From an uncultured Clostridia bacterium (GTDB lineage Bacteria > Bacillota > Clostridia > Christensenellales > Borkfalkiaceae), in the NCBI GenBank assembly GCA_947624215.1, contig CANQJJ010000006.1:3754-67753 (forward strand): 64,000 nt of DNA, in the 5' to 3' direction. Shown in pieces: positions 14,963 through 26,300 of the stretch. The position numbers were made by a program, and so were the translations under genes. Each line of letters starts with the position of its first letter. Position 1 is the stretch's first letter. The notes below the pieces were generated by a model. That model ran no database searches. It was not told the DNA's origin and saw only the letters and a program-made list of their open reading frames with translations.

Positions 14963-16960
14963 TTATCGGTTATCTAGCGCTTGCAGCAGCCACTCGATGA
15001 ACAATAGCGCGACGAGTGCCACCGCGACCCACAGCAAGAGTTCTTGGATGGAATTGTCGGGTTTTTGTTCGATGACGGGCTCCGCCAAGGCGTCTTCCAC
15101 CCGCCAGATGTTGCTTTCGGCGGCGGGGATCTTGACGAAGATGTTGAGATCTGTGACGGCGCCGTCGAAATAGGAATCCTGTTGGAGATCATATACCCCC
15201 GGGGCCGCGAAGGAGAGCGGGACGGTGAACGTCACGTCGTCCTCTCCTCTCTCATAGGTCCCGAGCCGGTTCCTGCCCGCGTCGAACACTTTCAGGGAAG
15301 GACCGCGGGGAGAGACCGTGACCTGCTCCCCCACCTCGAACGAATTGCCCCTGACCGTGCCCGGGATGAAGTAGTTCATGGTATTGAACAGCATGACGTA
15401 CCATTCGGGCAGTTGCACGATGTTGGAATAGTGCACGCTGAAGGACATCAGAACGATCTTGGCGTTCCCCTCGTTCCTGACGAGCAGGAGGGGGTTGGTG
15501 TCGCAGGACATCAGCACATGATACGAGCTGTCGTAGGTGAGCATGGTGTACCGCGTCACGGAGATATAATCCGCCACGACGTGACTGACGATCGGGTGCT
15601 CTTCCTCCGCGGAGAGATACATGGAGCTCTGGTAGCGCTGGTTCCCGACGATGGTGAATCCCGCACCCGCGGGCGCCTTGTCGGGGTCTGCGAGGAAGAC
15701 GACGCCGTCCGAGGGAAGCGGATCGGGCACTTCGTGTTCATAGATATAGAAGTCGTAGCCGTTCGTCACGAAGGGATCCTTTAAGAGCCCGCCCTTGCGC
15801 TCGATCTCCGTGATGCGCATATCCCACCACTCGGCGAAATCATTCCTGAGCACGTCGAGCGCGCTCGTGAAGAAGGGATTGGGATTGGTGCTCGAATAGA
15901 GGATGTTCACGATGGGCTTGCGGCCGCCGTAGATCTGGTAGGAATTGTCGTCACGGAAGTTGTCCCGCTCGTCGATCGTGATGCTGATGGACTGGTAGGA
16001 TGTGAACGCACTGTCCGTTTCTTGCAGGTCGCTGTAAACAAAGCCCTCCATGTCTTCACCTCCGCCCTTGCGGAAGATGATGGTCTGCGTCTCCCCGTCT
16101 TTGCAGTCGACGGAACGGCTGAACGTCAGCGTGCGCCCCTCGCTCGAGAGGTTGGCATTCGCGCCGTTCACCTGCACGTTGACATCCATCGAGAGGGCCA
16201 TGCCGCCCTGCCCGTAGCAGGCGACTTCCACGGTGAGGGTATAATACCCGTCTTCGAGCGTCGCCTCCGCATTGAGGATGGCCGCGTTCCACTCTTCGCT
16301 GCCCATGACGGGCACCACCTCCACGCTCTTGGGGACATAGCCGTACGTCGTGTCCGTGTAGAGATAGATCTTCGCGGCGGGATTTTCGGCCAAGATCTCC
16401 TCGCACAGCTTGATGGCCCCTTCGATGTCGGCGGAGCCGTAAGAGCACGCGATGCTGCCGTCTAAATATTCCCCGAGGGTATCCATGAGGACGGAACGGT
16501 TTTTGAGCTCGGTGCGCGTCGCGAGGTATTCGGGGTCCTCGTCTGCGAGGATGACGGTCATTGCCCCGCCCTCGGAGAGAATGCTGTCCGAGAGCGACAT
16601 CACGTCCTCCACCGCGCGGTGGAAGCGGGTCTCCCCGCCCGTCTCGGCATACATGCTCGCCGAGGAATCGAGGATGGCGATGACGTCCGAACGGTCGGTG
16701 TTTCTGTCATAGAGGATGGCCGGCCGCGAGACGATCAACGCGACGGCCGTGAGGATCAAGAGCTGACAAATAAAAATAAGAATGTTTCTGAGTCTGTTGA
16801 TCGGGATCCTCTTTCTGCGGTATTGCAAGCTGAGCTTCCAGATATGCGTACTCGAAATGTGCTTCACCTGGTAGTTCGGCTTCAAAATGTGGATGAGGAT
16901 CAGGATGGGGATCGTCAACAGCGCCAGAAGACCTAAGGGCACCAATAATTCCAAACTCAT
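14963..16960 (-). CDS. BatA-like membrane protein with a VWA domain (665 aa)
   Basis: N-terminal LELLVPLGLLALLTIPILILIHILK plus a second TM segment. VWA MIDAS motif VIAILDSSASM. C-terminal TM segment LLLWVAVALVALLFIEWLL. Confidence 0.85.
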   Translation of the reverse strand: MSLELLVPLGLLALLTIPILILIHILKPNYQVKHISSTHIWKLSLQYRRKRIPINRLRNILIFICQLLILTAVALIVSRPAILYDRNTDRSDVIAILDSSASMYAETGGETRFHRAVEDVMSLSDSILSEGGAMTVILADEDPEYLATRTELKNRSVLMDTLGEYLDGSIACSYGSADIEGAIKLCEEILAENPAAKIYLYTDTTYGYVPKSVEVVPVMGSEEWNAAILNAEATLEDGYYTLTVEVACYGQGGMALSMDVNVQVNGANANLSSEGRTLTFSRSVDCKDGETQTIIFRKGGGEDMEGFVYSDLQETDSAFTSYQSISITIDERDNFRDDNSYQIYGGRKPIVNILYSSTNPNPFFTSALDVLRNDFAEWWDMRITEIERKGGLLKDPFVTNGYDFYIYEHEVPDPLPSDGVVFLADPDKAPAGAGFTIVGNQRYQSSMYLSAEEEHPIVSHVVADYISVTRYTMLTYDSSYHVLMSCDTNPLLLVRNEGNAKIVLMSFSVHYSNIVQLPEWYVMLFNTMNYFIPGTVRGNSFEVGEQVTVSPRGPSLKVFDAGRNRLGTYERGEDDVTFTVPLSFAAPGVYDLQQDSYFDGAVTDLNIFVKIPAAESNIWRVEDALAEPVIEQKPDNSIQELLLWVAVALVALLFIEWLLQALDNR

Positions 16961-17856
16961 GACATGATACCTACCTTCAAGAACTCGCCGAACAGGACGC
17001 GTTCGATGGCCGTGTCCGTCGAGACCGTGATATAGCCCGCCTCGCGTTTATTGCAAAAGGTGTGCATGTCCTCCCGGAAGTCCTTCAGCGCTTCACGGTA
17101 TGCCTCGAGCATCCCGCGCGTGATCCGCAGCTTCATGTTCCGCGGATCCTCTATGCTGTCCGACTCCGAGTCCATCAGGTGCACTCTGCCCTCGTACCCG
17201 GGATCCAGCTCGTCGGGCGTCAGCACCTGCAACAACAGTACCTGCCGCTTCTTGTAGCACAGGTAGTCCACCGCCTTCTTCCAATCGCTCTCCGTGCAAA
17301 AGTCCGAGACGATCACCGTCAGGCCGTTGTTCTCGCTGATGTTCGGGCAGCCCGTGATGCAGGCCGCCATGTCCGTATCGCCGTCGAACTCCACGCTCTC
17401 TAAGCTCCCTACCGCGCGGAAAAAGGAGTTCTTCCCCACGATCGTTCCGAACGGGTCCTCCGCTCTCTCCCCGCGCATCAGATATACCGAGAGCTTATCC
17501 ATGTTCTGTACGGCCAAAAAGCCCAGCGCGGCCGTCGCGGCCACCGCATATTCTGCCTTCTGCGGGCTGTCCTTTCCCATCGACCCCGAACAATCCAAAA
17601 AGATCTGCACCTGCATCTGCCGCTCGTCCGTGAACAGTTTCAGAAAGTACTTCTCAAAGCGGCTGTACAGGTTCCAGTCGATCCTGCGGATGTCGTCCCC
17701 GAGCTGGTACTCACGGTAGTCCGCAAACTCCACCGTCTGTCCGTACGTCCTCACAAGGTGCTTCCCTCCGAAATACCCCGCTAAGCTCGATTTCAAATTC
17801 AATGACATCGTCTCCAATCTGCTGAAAAACGCGTCATCCAGCTTGTTTGATCTCAT
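16957..17856 (-). CDS. DUF58 domain protein (299 aa)
   Basis: The FADYREYQLGDDIRRIDWNLYSRFEKYFLKLF...IFLDCSGSM motif is characteristic of DUF58 proteins that follow MoxR ATPases. Overlaps the next gene by 4 nt. Confidence 0.9.
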   Translation of the reverse strand: MRSNKLDDAFFSRLETMSLNLKSSLAGYFGGKHLVRTYGQTVEFADYREYQLGDDIRRIDWNLYSRFEKYFLKLFTDERQMQVQIFLDCSGSMGKDSPQKAEYAVAATAALGFLAVQNMDKLSVYLMRGERAEDPFGTIVGKNSFFRAVGSLESVEFDGDTDMAACITGCPNISENNGLTVIVSDFCTESDWKKAVDYLCYKKRQVLLLQVLTPDELDPGYEGRVHLMDSESDSIEDPRNMKLRITRGMLEAYREALKDFREDMHTFCNKREAGYITVSTDTAIERVLFGEFLKVGIMS

Positions 17857-17874
17857 TCTCTTCTCCGAAGCCGA

Positions 17875-18990
17875 TTACTTCCGTGCAAACAGTCCTTTCT
17901 TCTTCTTTTTCCCCTCTTCCGCCTGTTCCTCTTCCGTCACAGGTTCCGCCGCTGCGGGCTCCTCTGCGGGTGCGGGCGCAGGCGCGATGCGGGCTCCGGG
18001 GATCCTCTGACGCCGCGAGATCTCGTCTACGATCATCTCGATCACTCGGTCGGCCGTCACGCGCTCTGCGATCGCCTCGAAGTTCAGCTTGATACGGTGC
18101 CGCAATACGGGATACGCGAGCTCGTTGATATCCGAATAGGCCACGTTGAACCGTCCCTTGATGAGCGCCATGACCTTCGCCGCCGAGATGAGCGCCTGTC
18201 CCGCACGGGGTGACGCGCCAAGCCGCACATATTTCTTTGCCGCCTCGCTCGCGCACTCGCTGTCGGGGTGCGTCGCCGATGTCAGGATCATCGCATATCT
18301 GAGCACTTCCTCCGCAACGGGGATCTGGTTGGCTGTCGCGCGCATCTGCAATAGCTGTTCGCCCGTGCACGCCCTGTCTGCAACTTCCGCCATCGTCTTC
18401 TGCGTCATGTTTACGATCTCCATCAGCTCATCCAGCTTGGGATTGGGCACGAGGAGCTTGAACATGAAGCGGTCCATCTGCGCTTCGGGAAGCGGATAGG
18501 TACCGTCCTGCTCGATGGGGTTCTGCGTCGCGAGCACGAAGAAGGGCTCGGCGAGCCTGCGCGAGACGCCCATGACCGTCACCGTGTGCTCCTGCATCGC
18601 CTCCAACAGGGCGGACTGCGTCTTCGGCGTCGCACGGTTGATCTCATCCGCGAGGATGATATTGCTGAACACGGGGCCCGGCTGGAAGGAAAACTGCGAG
18701 TTGCCGTCTTCCCCCTTCACGATGATGTTGGTACCCGTCACGTCTGCGGGCATGAGGTCGGGCGTGAACTGGATACGCGAGAACGGAAGGTCGAAAACGC
18801 GCCCCAAGGAACGCACGAGCCTCGTCTTGCCGACCCCGGGAACGCCCTCCAAAAGCACGTTGCCGCCCGCGATCATCGCGATGACCGTGCCGCGCACCAC
18901 TTCTTCCTGCCCGATGATATCGCGGGAAAGTTGCCCGAAGATCTCTTCGCATTGTTTGCTGAATTGTTTGATGTCGTTTTCCGTTACCAT
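17875..18990 (-). CDS. MoxR-family AAA+ ATPase (371 aa) with an Ala/Pro/Glu/Lys-rich C-terminal tail
   Basis: Walker A LLEGVPGVGKT. The motif FSRIQFTPDLMPADVTGT. Walker B ILADEINR. The motif ATQNPIEQDGTYPLPEAQMDRF. Confidence 0.95.
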   Translation of the reverse strand: MVTENDIKQFSKQCEEIFGQLSRDIIGQEEVVRGTVIAMIAGGNVLLEGVPGVGKTRLVRSLGRVFDLPFSRIQFTPDLMPADVTGTNIIVKGEDGNSQFSFQPGPVFSNIILADEINRATPKTQSALLEAMQEHTVTVMGVSRRLAEPFFVLATQNPIEQDGTYPLPEAQMDRFMFKLLVPNPKLDELMEIVNMTQKTMAEVADRACTGEQLLQMRATANQIPVAEEVLRYAMILTSATHPDSECASEAAKKYVRLGASPRAGQALISAAKVMALIKGRFNVAYSDINELAYPVLRHRIKLNFEAIAERVTADRVIEMIVDEISRRQRIPGARIAPAPAPAEEPAAAEPVTEEEQAEEGKKKKKGLFARK

Positions 18991-19027
18991 GTCTTTCTCT
19001 TATGCTTATTTTTTTCGCACGGAGGGT

Positions 19028-20200
19028 TTAATTCCCGCCGTCTTCCCCCTCGGCATCGCCCGTCTGGGAGGAATCCTGTTGAATGGAATCATAGTATTGC
19101 GAGACGCCCCCTTTCAGGCTGTCGTCCATCTCTTCGTCCGAGCCGAGGCGGTCCATGGCGCTACTGTGGGCGTCTTCATAGGTATCGCCGTAGAAGGTCT
19201 GTCCGTCGATGATCTGGTTGCCGTCGTCTCCCTGCGTGGCGGCCCCGGGGCCCGTGCCGCCCATGCCGTCGGGGTTGGCCTCCCCTGTGTCCGAATCGGA
19301 CTGTTCGGGCGGCCAAGGCGGTGCGTCGGGGTCGGGGGGCGTATTGTTTTCGTCATCCCTGTCGCTCGGCTCTTTGTAGATCTCGGGCGTATCGAATTTC
19401 TGCCGCTCGGGGTCTTCGACGGTCTCGACGGTCTTCAAGAAGACGGCGCGGAGCTCCATGTTGCCCTTGACGTCGACGTCCTGCCGATAGGCCTCGGTGA
19501 CGCCGTCGGACCAGCCGATGAAGATGTAGTTCTCATCCTCGACTGCGAGCACGGCGGGAGCGTCTTCCCCTTCCGTGACGATGAACTCCTCCGAGACGGC
19601 CTTCTCGCTCGTCCAGTCGTCCGTGTACATCACGATGGAGCCGCCGCCACCGTTGCCGACGGAGTAGCTGATCGTGTAGGTATTGGGGAGCACGTCGGGC
19701 GTGACGAGCTCCATCCCGCTCGGGATGACGTCGGCGGTATACAGCGCCCCCACGACGGTGGAGGAGGTGCCGATCACCAATCCGAGGCTGAACGGCACGA
19801 TGAGCGCGGCGCCGATCGCCACCTTGACGAGCATATGGTTGACGGATGAGAGCGCTTTGAGCGCGTCTTCCCGCTGGGCCTTTGCCATGAAGGAGGGATC
19901 GCTTTGCAATTCGACCATGGTGAGCATGCGCTCTTCGAGGCCGAGTTCGTCCACGCGGCGGGCGATCGCCTTGGCCGTGGGGCGGTAGAGCTTGATATAG
20001 AAGACGGGGGCGAGCACGCCGACGCACACTGCAAACAGGCCGATCCCTATCCACAATCCCGCCTTGAAGCCGAAGAACCACGAGATGAGCACGGTGAGCG
20101 AGAGCGCGCCGAGCCCGATGCAGACGCTCAGAAGGATCGCTTTGAGGATGCCCTCCCGTGCGATGCGGGCGCGATACTTTTTGAATACGTTATCAGCCAT
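19028..20200 (-). CDS. Membrane protein (390 aa): several predicted N-terminal TM helices, a B-repeat-like segment and an acidic C-terminal tail
   Basis: AGGAGG lies 5 nt upstream of the ATG. Hydrophobic segments ILLSVCIGLGALSLTVLISWFF, LWIGIGLFAVCVGVLAPVFY and VAIGAALIVPFSLGLVIG. The segment YIFIGWSDG. The tail is rich in D/E/P/G. Confidence 0.75.
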   Translation of the reverse strand: MADNVFKKYRARIAREGILKAILLSVCIGLGALSLTVLISWFFGFKAGLWIGIGLFAVCVGVLAPVFYIKLYRPTAKAIARRVDELGLEERMLTMVELQSDPSFMAKAQREDALKALSSVNHMLVKVAIGAALIVPFSLGLVIGTSSTVVGALYTADVIPSGMELVTPDVLPNTYTISYSVGNGGGGSIVMYTDDWTSEKAVSEEFIVTEGEDAPAVLAVEDENYIFIGWSDGVTEAYRQDVDVKGNMELRAVFLKTVETVEDPERQKFDTPEIYKEPSDRDDENNTPPDPDAPPWPPEQSDSDTGEANPDGMGGTGPGAATQGDDGNQIIDGQTFYGDTYEDAHSSAMDRLGSDEEMDDSLKGGVSQYYDSIQQDSSQTGDAEGEDGGN

Positions 20201-20243
20201 AATTTCCTCCTGTTGAAAGAAAGTTCCTTTTTAAGCACGTATG

Positions 20244-20296
20244 CCTCCGCACGCTTCCGAGAGGAAGCGGCGGAGGTTTTCGTGAATTTTTTGTGT
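20244..20296 (+). terminator. Very stable 14-bp hairpin with a GAGA loop, followed by a T-run on the plus strand only
   Basis: cctccgc-a-cgcttcc GAGA ggaagcg-gcggagg (20244-20276), then ttttcgtgaatttttt. It lies in the 125-nt gap between two minus-strand genes, so its terminator polarity is antisense to them. Confidence 0.5.
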
Positions 20297-20325
20297 ATTT
20301 TTATGAAATTTTCGGATGCGGAGGC

Positions 20326-23300
20326 TCAGGCCTGCGCATCGGGCGCGGGAGCCTCGGGAACGTAGTCGAAGACGATCGTTGCATCCGTGAAGTCCATCCA
20401 GTCGATGCCGAGCAGGGCATAGGTAGTATAGCGCGAGGTCCTGAAACAGATCTTCTGCTGCGACGTCCAGCCCGAGAATGCTATGCCCGTTGCACTTGCC
20501 GCCGAGTTGGCGCTCGTGGGTTTCAAGGCGATGACGCTCTCGGGGATGACGAGCTCCATGAGCGAAGTGCAGTTCTCGAGCGCACGGCTATTGATGAGCT
20601 GGAGGCCCTCGGAGAGCGTCAGCGAACTAAGCGACGTGCAATCGAGGAAGGCCGAAGTCGTGAGCTGTGTATAGCCCGTGCCGATGTAAGCCGTCTCGAG
20701 ATTCTCATCGTTCTTGAAGAACTGGTTGATTGTCAGCGCGCGCTCCAATCCTTCCGCACTGTCCTCGAACCGCGCTTCGGTGAGCTGCGGGCAGAGGGAG
20801 GCGATGTTGTGGCCGATCGTGATGACGGTGCCGGGCACGACGAGCCTTGTGATGGCACTGCCGCAGAAGACGTAGTTGCCAACGGAGGTGACCGTTTCGG
20901 GGATGGTGCCATCCTTGAGTGCGCTGTACCCGAAGGCGAGCGCGCCGAGTTCAGTGGTCTCGGGGGCAAGTTCCACGGTCTCCAGCGCGGAGTAAGCGAA
21001 CATCCCGTCTGCGACTTTCTTCAACCTCCCGGGAAGAGAGATGTGTTTGATGCCGGAGCCCTCGAATGCGCCGATCTTTTTATCCTCATCCTTCTCCTTC
21101 GCGCTACCGTAACCAGCTATCACGGTGAGAGGCTGTTCCTCCGTGCCCTCTGCGGCTTTGAGGAAGGTGACATTCTCGAGGTTAAGTGTGTTCGCAAAGA
21201 CGGCGGAACCCTTATCGGGCGTCGGATGCTTCGGCCGAGTAGGTGAACCAAGCGACGTGACGGATGCGGGGATCTCGATGCTCTTCAAGCCGCTGCCGTA
21301 GAAGGCATAGTCTTCGATGGTCGTGAGCGTGTCGGGCAGCACAACGGTATTCAGCGAGAGCGTGTTCATGAACGCGCCCGGGGCGATGACGGTCAGCCTA
21401 TCGGGAAGGGTGATGTTTTCGATCGACGAGCCGAAGAATACGCCCGTGGTGCCCGTTGCCGAGGTGGAACCTGCCGCAAAGGTGAGCGGCTGAGGCTCCC
21501 CGCTCTCGGGCTCGAGGAAGGTGACCTGCTTGAGTGCAAAGGTGTTCGCAAACGCGTTGGTCCCGATGGAGGTGACGCTCGCGGGGATCTCGACTTCCTG
21601 CACGCCGCTATCGGCAAACAGGTAGGCGGGGATCTCCGTCATGCCGTCGGGCAGGATGACCTTGGTGATGTTGGTGAGCCCTGCGAAGAGATATGTGGTA
21701 AGGACGACGTTCTTATAATCCATTCCGTTCAGATTGAGCACGCCTTCTTCGGCCGAGAACCCGCCCGGAAGCGCATAGAGCGTGCCGTCCGTGCCGACGA
21801 GCGCATTCGCGTCGTTTACGGTGAAGTCGTCGTTCCCTGCGCCCACGTTATAGCCTGTGATCTGCGTGCAACCCGTGAAGGGATAGACATTGCTCGAAGC
21901 GCGGATGTTTGCAAGCTCGGCGGAGAGCGTGATCGTGCCCGTGAGCCCGGCGTTCTGGAAGGCGCCGCCGCCCAAATCGGTCACGCCCGAGAAGTCGAAA
22001 CTCGTGAGCCTCTCGCAGTCGCGGAAGGTAAACGCACCCACGACCTTGATCTGGGAGAGCTTGGTCGTCACGGTCTGCAAATTGACGCACCCGTCGAAGA
22101 GATAAGTCGTCGCACTCCCGTTGCCCGTCTTGCTCGAGGCGAGGTTGGTCACCGCGGTGTTGGAGATGTCGATGCCCGTGAGCGAGGTGCAGCCCTGGAA
22201 GGTGTTGGTCCCGAGGAAGCTGAGCTTGTCGCCGAGGAGCACTTCGTTGAGGGAAGTGCAGCCCTTGAACATGTAGTCGCCGAGGGACGCTATGGTGAGC
22301 TTGGAGAGATCTGCCCTTTCGAGGTTGGAGCAGTTGTAGAAGACATAGGTCCCCATCGTGCCCGTGAGCTCTGCGGGAAGGGTGATCTCGGTGAGGCTGA
22401 GGCATTCGGCAAAGGTCGCGACCGTGAGTGCCTTCAAGCGAGGGCTGAACGTGATGTTCTCAACGGCGCTCCTTGCAAACACGCCCGGCTTGCTGATGGC
22501 GCCAGTGGAGGCGGTAATGCTGCCAGCGGTGAGCGCGACGGTGCCCGTGCCGGGAGCGAAGGTGACGTCTTTCAGGCTTGCACAGTCTGAGAATGCCCCC
22601 TCATAGACATTGGTCGCGGCGGCGGGGACGGTCACGGAGGTGAGGCCGCTGCCCGCAAAGGCATAGCGCCCGATGGTCGTGATGCCCGTGAGGTCGATGC
22701 CCGTGAGCGCGGTGCAGCCCTGGAAGGAGTAGCCGCCGAGCAGGGTGAAGCCCTCGGGAAGCACGACGTTTGCGATGCTCGTGCAGCCTGCGAAGAGATA
22801 GCTATCGGTAGATGAGGTGACGTTGGCCGTTGCGCTTGTGCTGAATCTCGTAAGGCTCGTGAGCCCGCTGAGGTTGATCTCCCCCTCTTCGTCGGCCTCG
22901 GCCTTCGAGGAGTTGATGTTCTTGAGCGAGATGCAGTTCTGGAAGGTCTTGGTCCCGAGATACTTGAGATTGTCGCCCACGGGGAGTTTCACGGTGGTAA
23001 GCTCGGTGCAACCCGCAAACATGGAGTTGGAAAGCGCCGTGAGGGCAAACCTGCTGAGATCCATCGACTGCAAGGAAGCGCAATTCTCGAAAACGTTCGC
23101 GCCGAAGCTCGTGATGCCGTCGGGAAGTTGCACGCTCGTCAGAGCCGAGCAGTTCTGGAAGGTATTGGCGGGGATCATGTTGAGCACTTTACTCGAGGCC
23201 GTAGTCCCCGTGCTCGATGTGATCGTGGCCTGCGAGAGATCGACGGTTTCGAGCTGTGCGCACTTTGCAAACACGTGCGTGCCCATCGCGATCTCATTGG

Positions 23301-26300
23301 CGGGCAGGGTGAAGCTCGTAAGTCCCGTGTTCTCGAAGGCGTGGTAGCAGAGCATGGTCACCTTGTCGATGCCTTTGATGGTCGCAAGGCTCGTACAGTT
23401 CTGGAAGGTGTACCCACCGATGACCTCTACGCTCGAGGGCAGGGTGATCTCTTTGAGAGCCGAGCAGCCGACGAAGACATAGGAGGGTCCGGTGCCCGCG
23501 TGTGAGGGAGCGGTATTCGCCTTATCCGCTATGTATTTGAGGCTCGTGTTGTTGCCGAAGTCTACGGTGGTGAGCGCCGTATCCCCATAGAAGCTGTACG
23601 TCCCGAGGAAGGTGAGGGTCGTGGGGAACTTGACCGTCGTCAGTTTGGTGCTCTGCGAGAAGACGCCAACAGTACCCGAGCTGTATCCCGTAGGAAGCGC
23701 TTCGATCTTGGTCGCGGAGAAATCGAGCTCAGCAACGCCGCTCTCGTGGAACATGTAGTCTCCGAGTTTCTGCACCGACGCGGGGAATGTGATCTTGAGC
23801 GGATTCGCGCTCTTCGTGCCCGTCTTCTGGAAGACGCCCTTTGCGCTCTGGGAAGAGGAGGAAGCGCCGTTGCCGAAGTTCTGCAAGTGCGTGGCTGCCT
23901 CGAGGTTGATGGATTCGAGGGCGGTGCAGTTGTAGAACGCACCCTCTTCGATGGTCTCGAGCACGCTGCCCGTGGCAATGATGACCTGCTTCAAGTTGAT
24001 GCAGTTCTCAAAGGCCTTCGCCCCGATGGTCCTGACGGTCGCGGGGATCACGACGGTCTCGAGGAGGGTCTGGTTTGCGAAGGCGCCGCCGCCGATGGAG
24101 GACCCGCTTGCGATCTCGAACTTCGCGTTATCATACTCGCCGTAGATGAGCGCAATGGCCTTGCTCGCCTTGTCGTAGATGATGGGAAGTTCTTTGTCTA
24201 CTTCGAAGTATTTGCTGTCAGGCGAAACGGTGACCGTCTTCACGTTGCAGCCCGCGAACACATTCGAGATGGTGGCAACGGAGCTCGAAAGGTATACCTC
24301 GGTGAGGTTGGGGCAGGACTTGAAGATCTGCGCCGTCGCGTCGTTCTTGGAATTGGTGAACGTGATGGGCTCTTCGCTCTCGGGGAATCTGAAACTCGAG
24401 ATGCCCGTCTTGGAGAACGCCCACTTCTCGATGGTGGTGAGCTTGGACTTGGCAGTCGTGCTCTCGGCAAATGTGATGCTCGTGAGGTTTGCAAGCCCGA
24501 GGAACGTGTTCTCGCCGATCCTCTTGAGGTGCAGAGGAAGCACGATGGACGTGAGCGCGGTGTCGCCCGAGAATACGCCCGTGCCGCCCGCATACTGCGA
24601 TGCGGGAGCGCTGCCGAGCTCGAAGCCCGCCGAGGAGTTTGAGACACCGAAGTCTACCGAGGTGAGCGACTTCATCTGGCCGAATGCGCCGCCGCCGATG
24701 GAGAGGATCAAGCTGTCGTCCTCAAATTTGATGGCCGAGAACCCGGTGCCCGTGAAGGCGTTGTCGCCGATGGTCTTGACGGACTTGGGGATGGTGAGCG
24801 TGCCCGTGAGGGCTCCGTTGCTGCCGAACGCGGAGGCGCCGATGGTCTCGAGGTTGGCGGGAAGTTTCAAGCTCGTGAGCCCCGTGTTGTTGAAGGCATT
24901 GGATCCGATCTCCCTGAGGGTCTCGGGGAACTTGATCTCGGTGAGACCCTTGCAGCTCTGGAAGGCGCCCTGCCCGATGACGAAATCCGAACCCGCACCG
25001 AGGAAGGTGACGGAAGTGAGCAAGTTGCACTCCTGGAAAGCATACGCGCCTATCCGCGTGATCCTTGCAGGGAAGATGACGGAGGTCAGCTTCATCCCCG
25101 AGAATGCGCCCTGCCTGGAAGCGCCGTCTTCGATGAGGAGCGGGGTCACCTTCTTTTCGGTGCCCTCTTCTCCCTCTTCGGCCGTCGGAGCCGCCTCGGC
25201 GGGATCGTCGGGATCGAAGGTAAGCGTGCTGAGGTTCGTGACACTGTAGAACGCCTTCGCCATGATGGTCGTGACGGTGTTCGGGATGTTGACGGTAGTC
25301 AGTGCCGTGCAGTTCTCGAAGAGGTATTGCTCGAGCGAGACGAGGCCCTTCGGCAAGTGCACCGTGAGGAGCGACTTGAGGTTGGAGAAGGGCGACATGA
25401 AGGTGTCCGTCGTAGGCATGGTGATCTGCGTGCTCTGCAACTCGCCCGTCTCGGGATCGTAAGTGGGGACGGCGTCCTTAAAGTCGATCTCCGTGATCGC
25501 CGGGGTATCATAGGAGGCGAAGCGGCCGATCGAGTACGTCGCAACGGTGCGCACATAGCCCGAGACCGTGATCTTCCCCGTCCTGCCCTTCGGGCAATAG
25601 AGAAGCTGATCGGGAACGTAGCTTACTTCTGCATCCGTCGGGCTCTTCTTGACGGCGCGCGCCGTGTAGAGAATGCCGTCCTCGGAGACGAAGTGCGTGT
25701 TTTCCGGGTCGACCTTGATCTCCTTGAGAAGATCGCAATCCTCGAAGATGCGGAGGGAGTCGTTGTAGAGCGAGAAGAGCTCCAGCTCCTCGGTATCCTT
25801 GGGGATGGTGAACTCGGTGAGGGAGGCACATTCCATGAAGGCGTCCGTGCCGATGCTCTTGAGCCGATCGGGCAGATCGACCTTGGTGAGCAGTTTGCAG
25901 TTCTGGAATGCGGAAACGCCGATGGTGAGGGGCTCCGTTCCGCCCTCGTCGAAAGTGACATATTGAAGCCCCGTGCAATCCTTGAAGGCCTCTTTGCCGA
26001 TCGCGGTGACGTTCTTATGGATGGTGATGCCCGTAAGCCCCGCCCTGCCGTTGAACATACCTGCGGCAATGTTGGTGATCATGTCGGGGATCTTGTAATC
26101 CTTGTTCCAATCGCCCGGGAAGAAGACGAGTTTGGTCATCTCCTTGTCGTAGAGCACACCCTCGTCATCCTGCACATAGTTGGGGTTTCCGTCATCCACG
26201 TCGACCTCATCCATGTTGGAGCCGAAGATATCCGTGACTTCGAGCGCGGGCACCCCGGGGCCGAGGTGAACGACGCGGACATAGGAGGCGTCGTAAATGG

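Noticed and set aside
12168-15173. 1001-aa plus-strand ORF antisense to the VWA genes
   Set aside because: Same shadow-ORF signature. It spans two real genes and their junction, which a true gene would not be expected to do.
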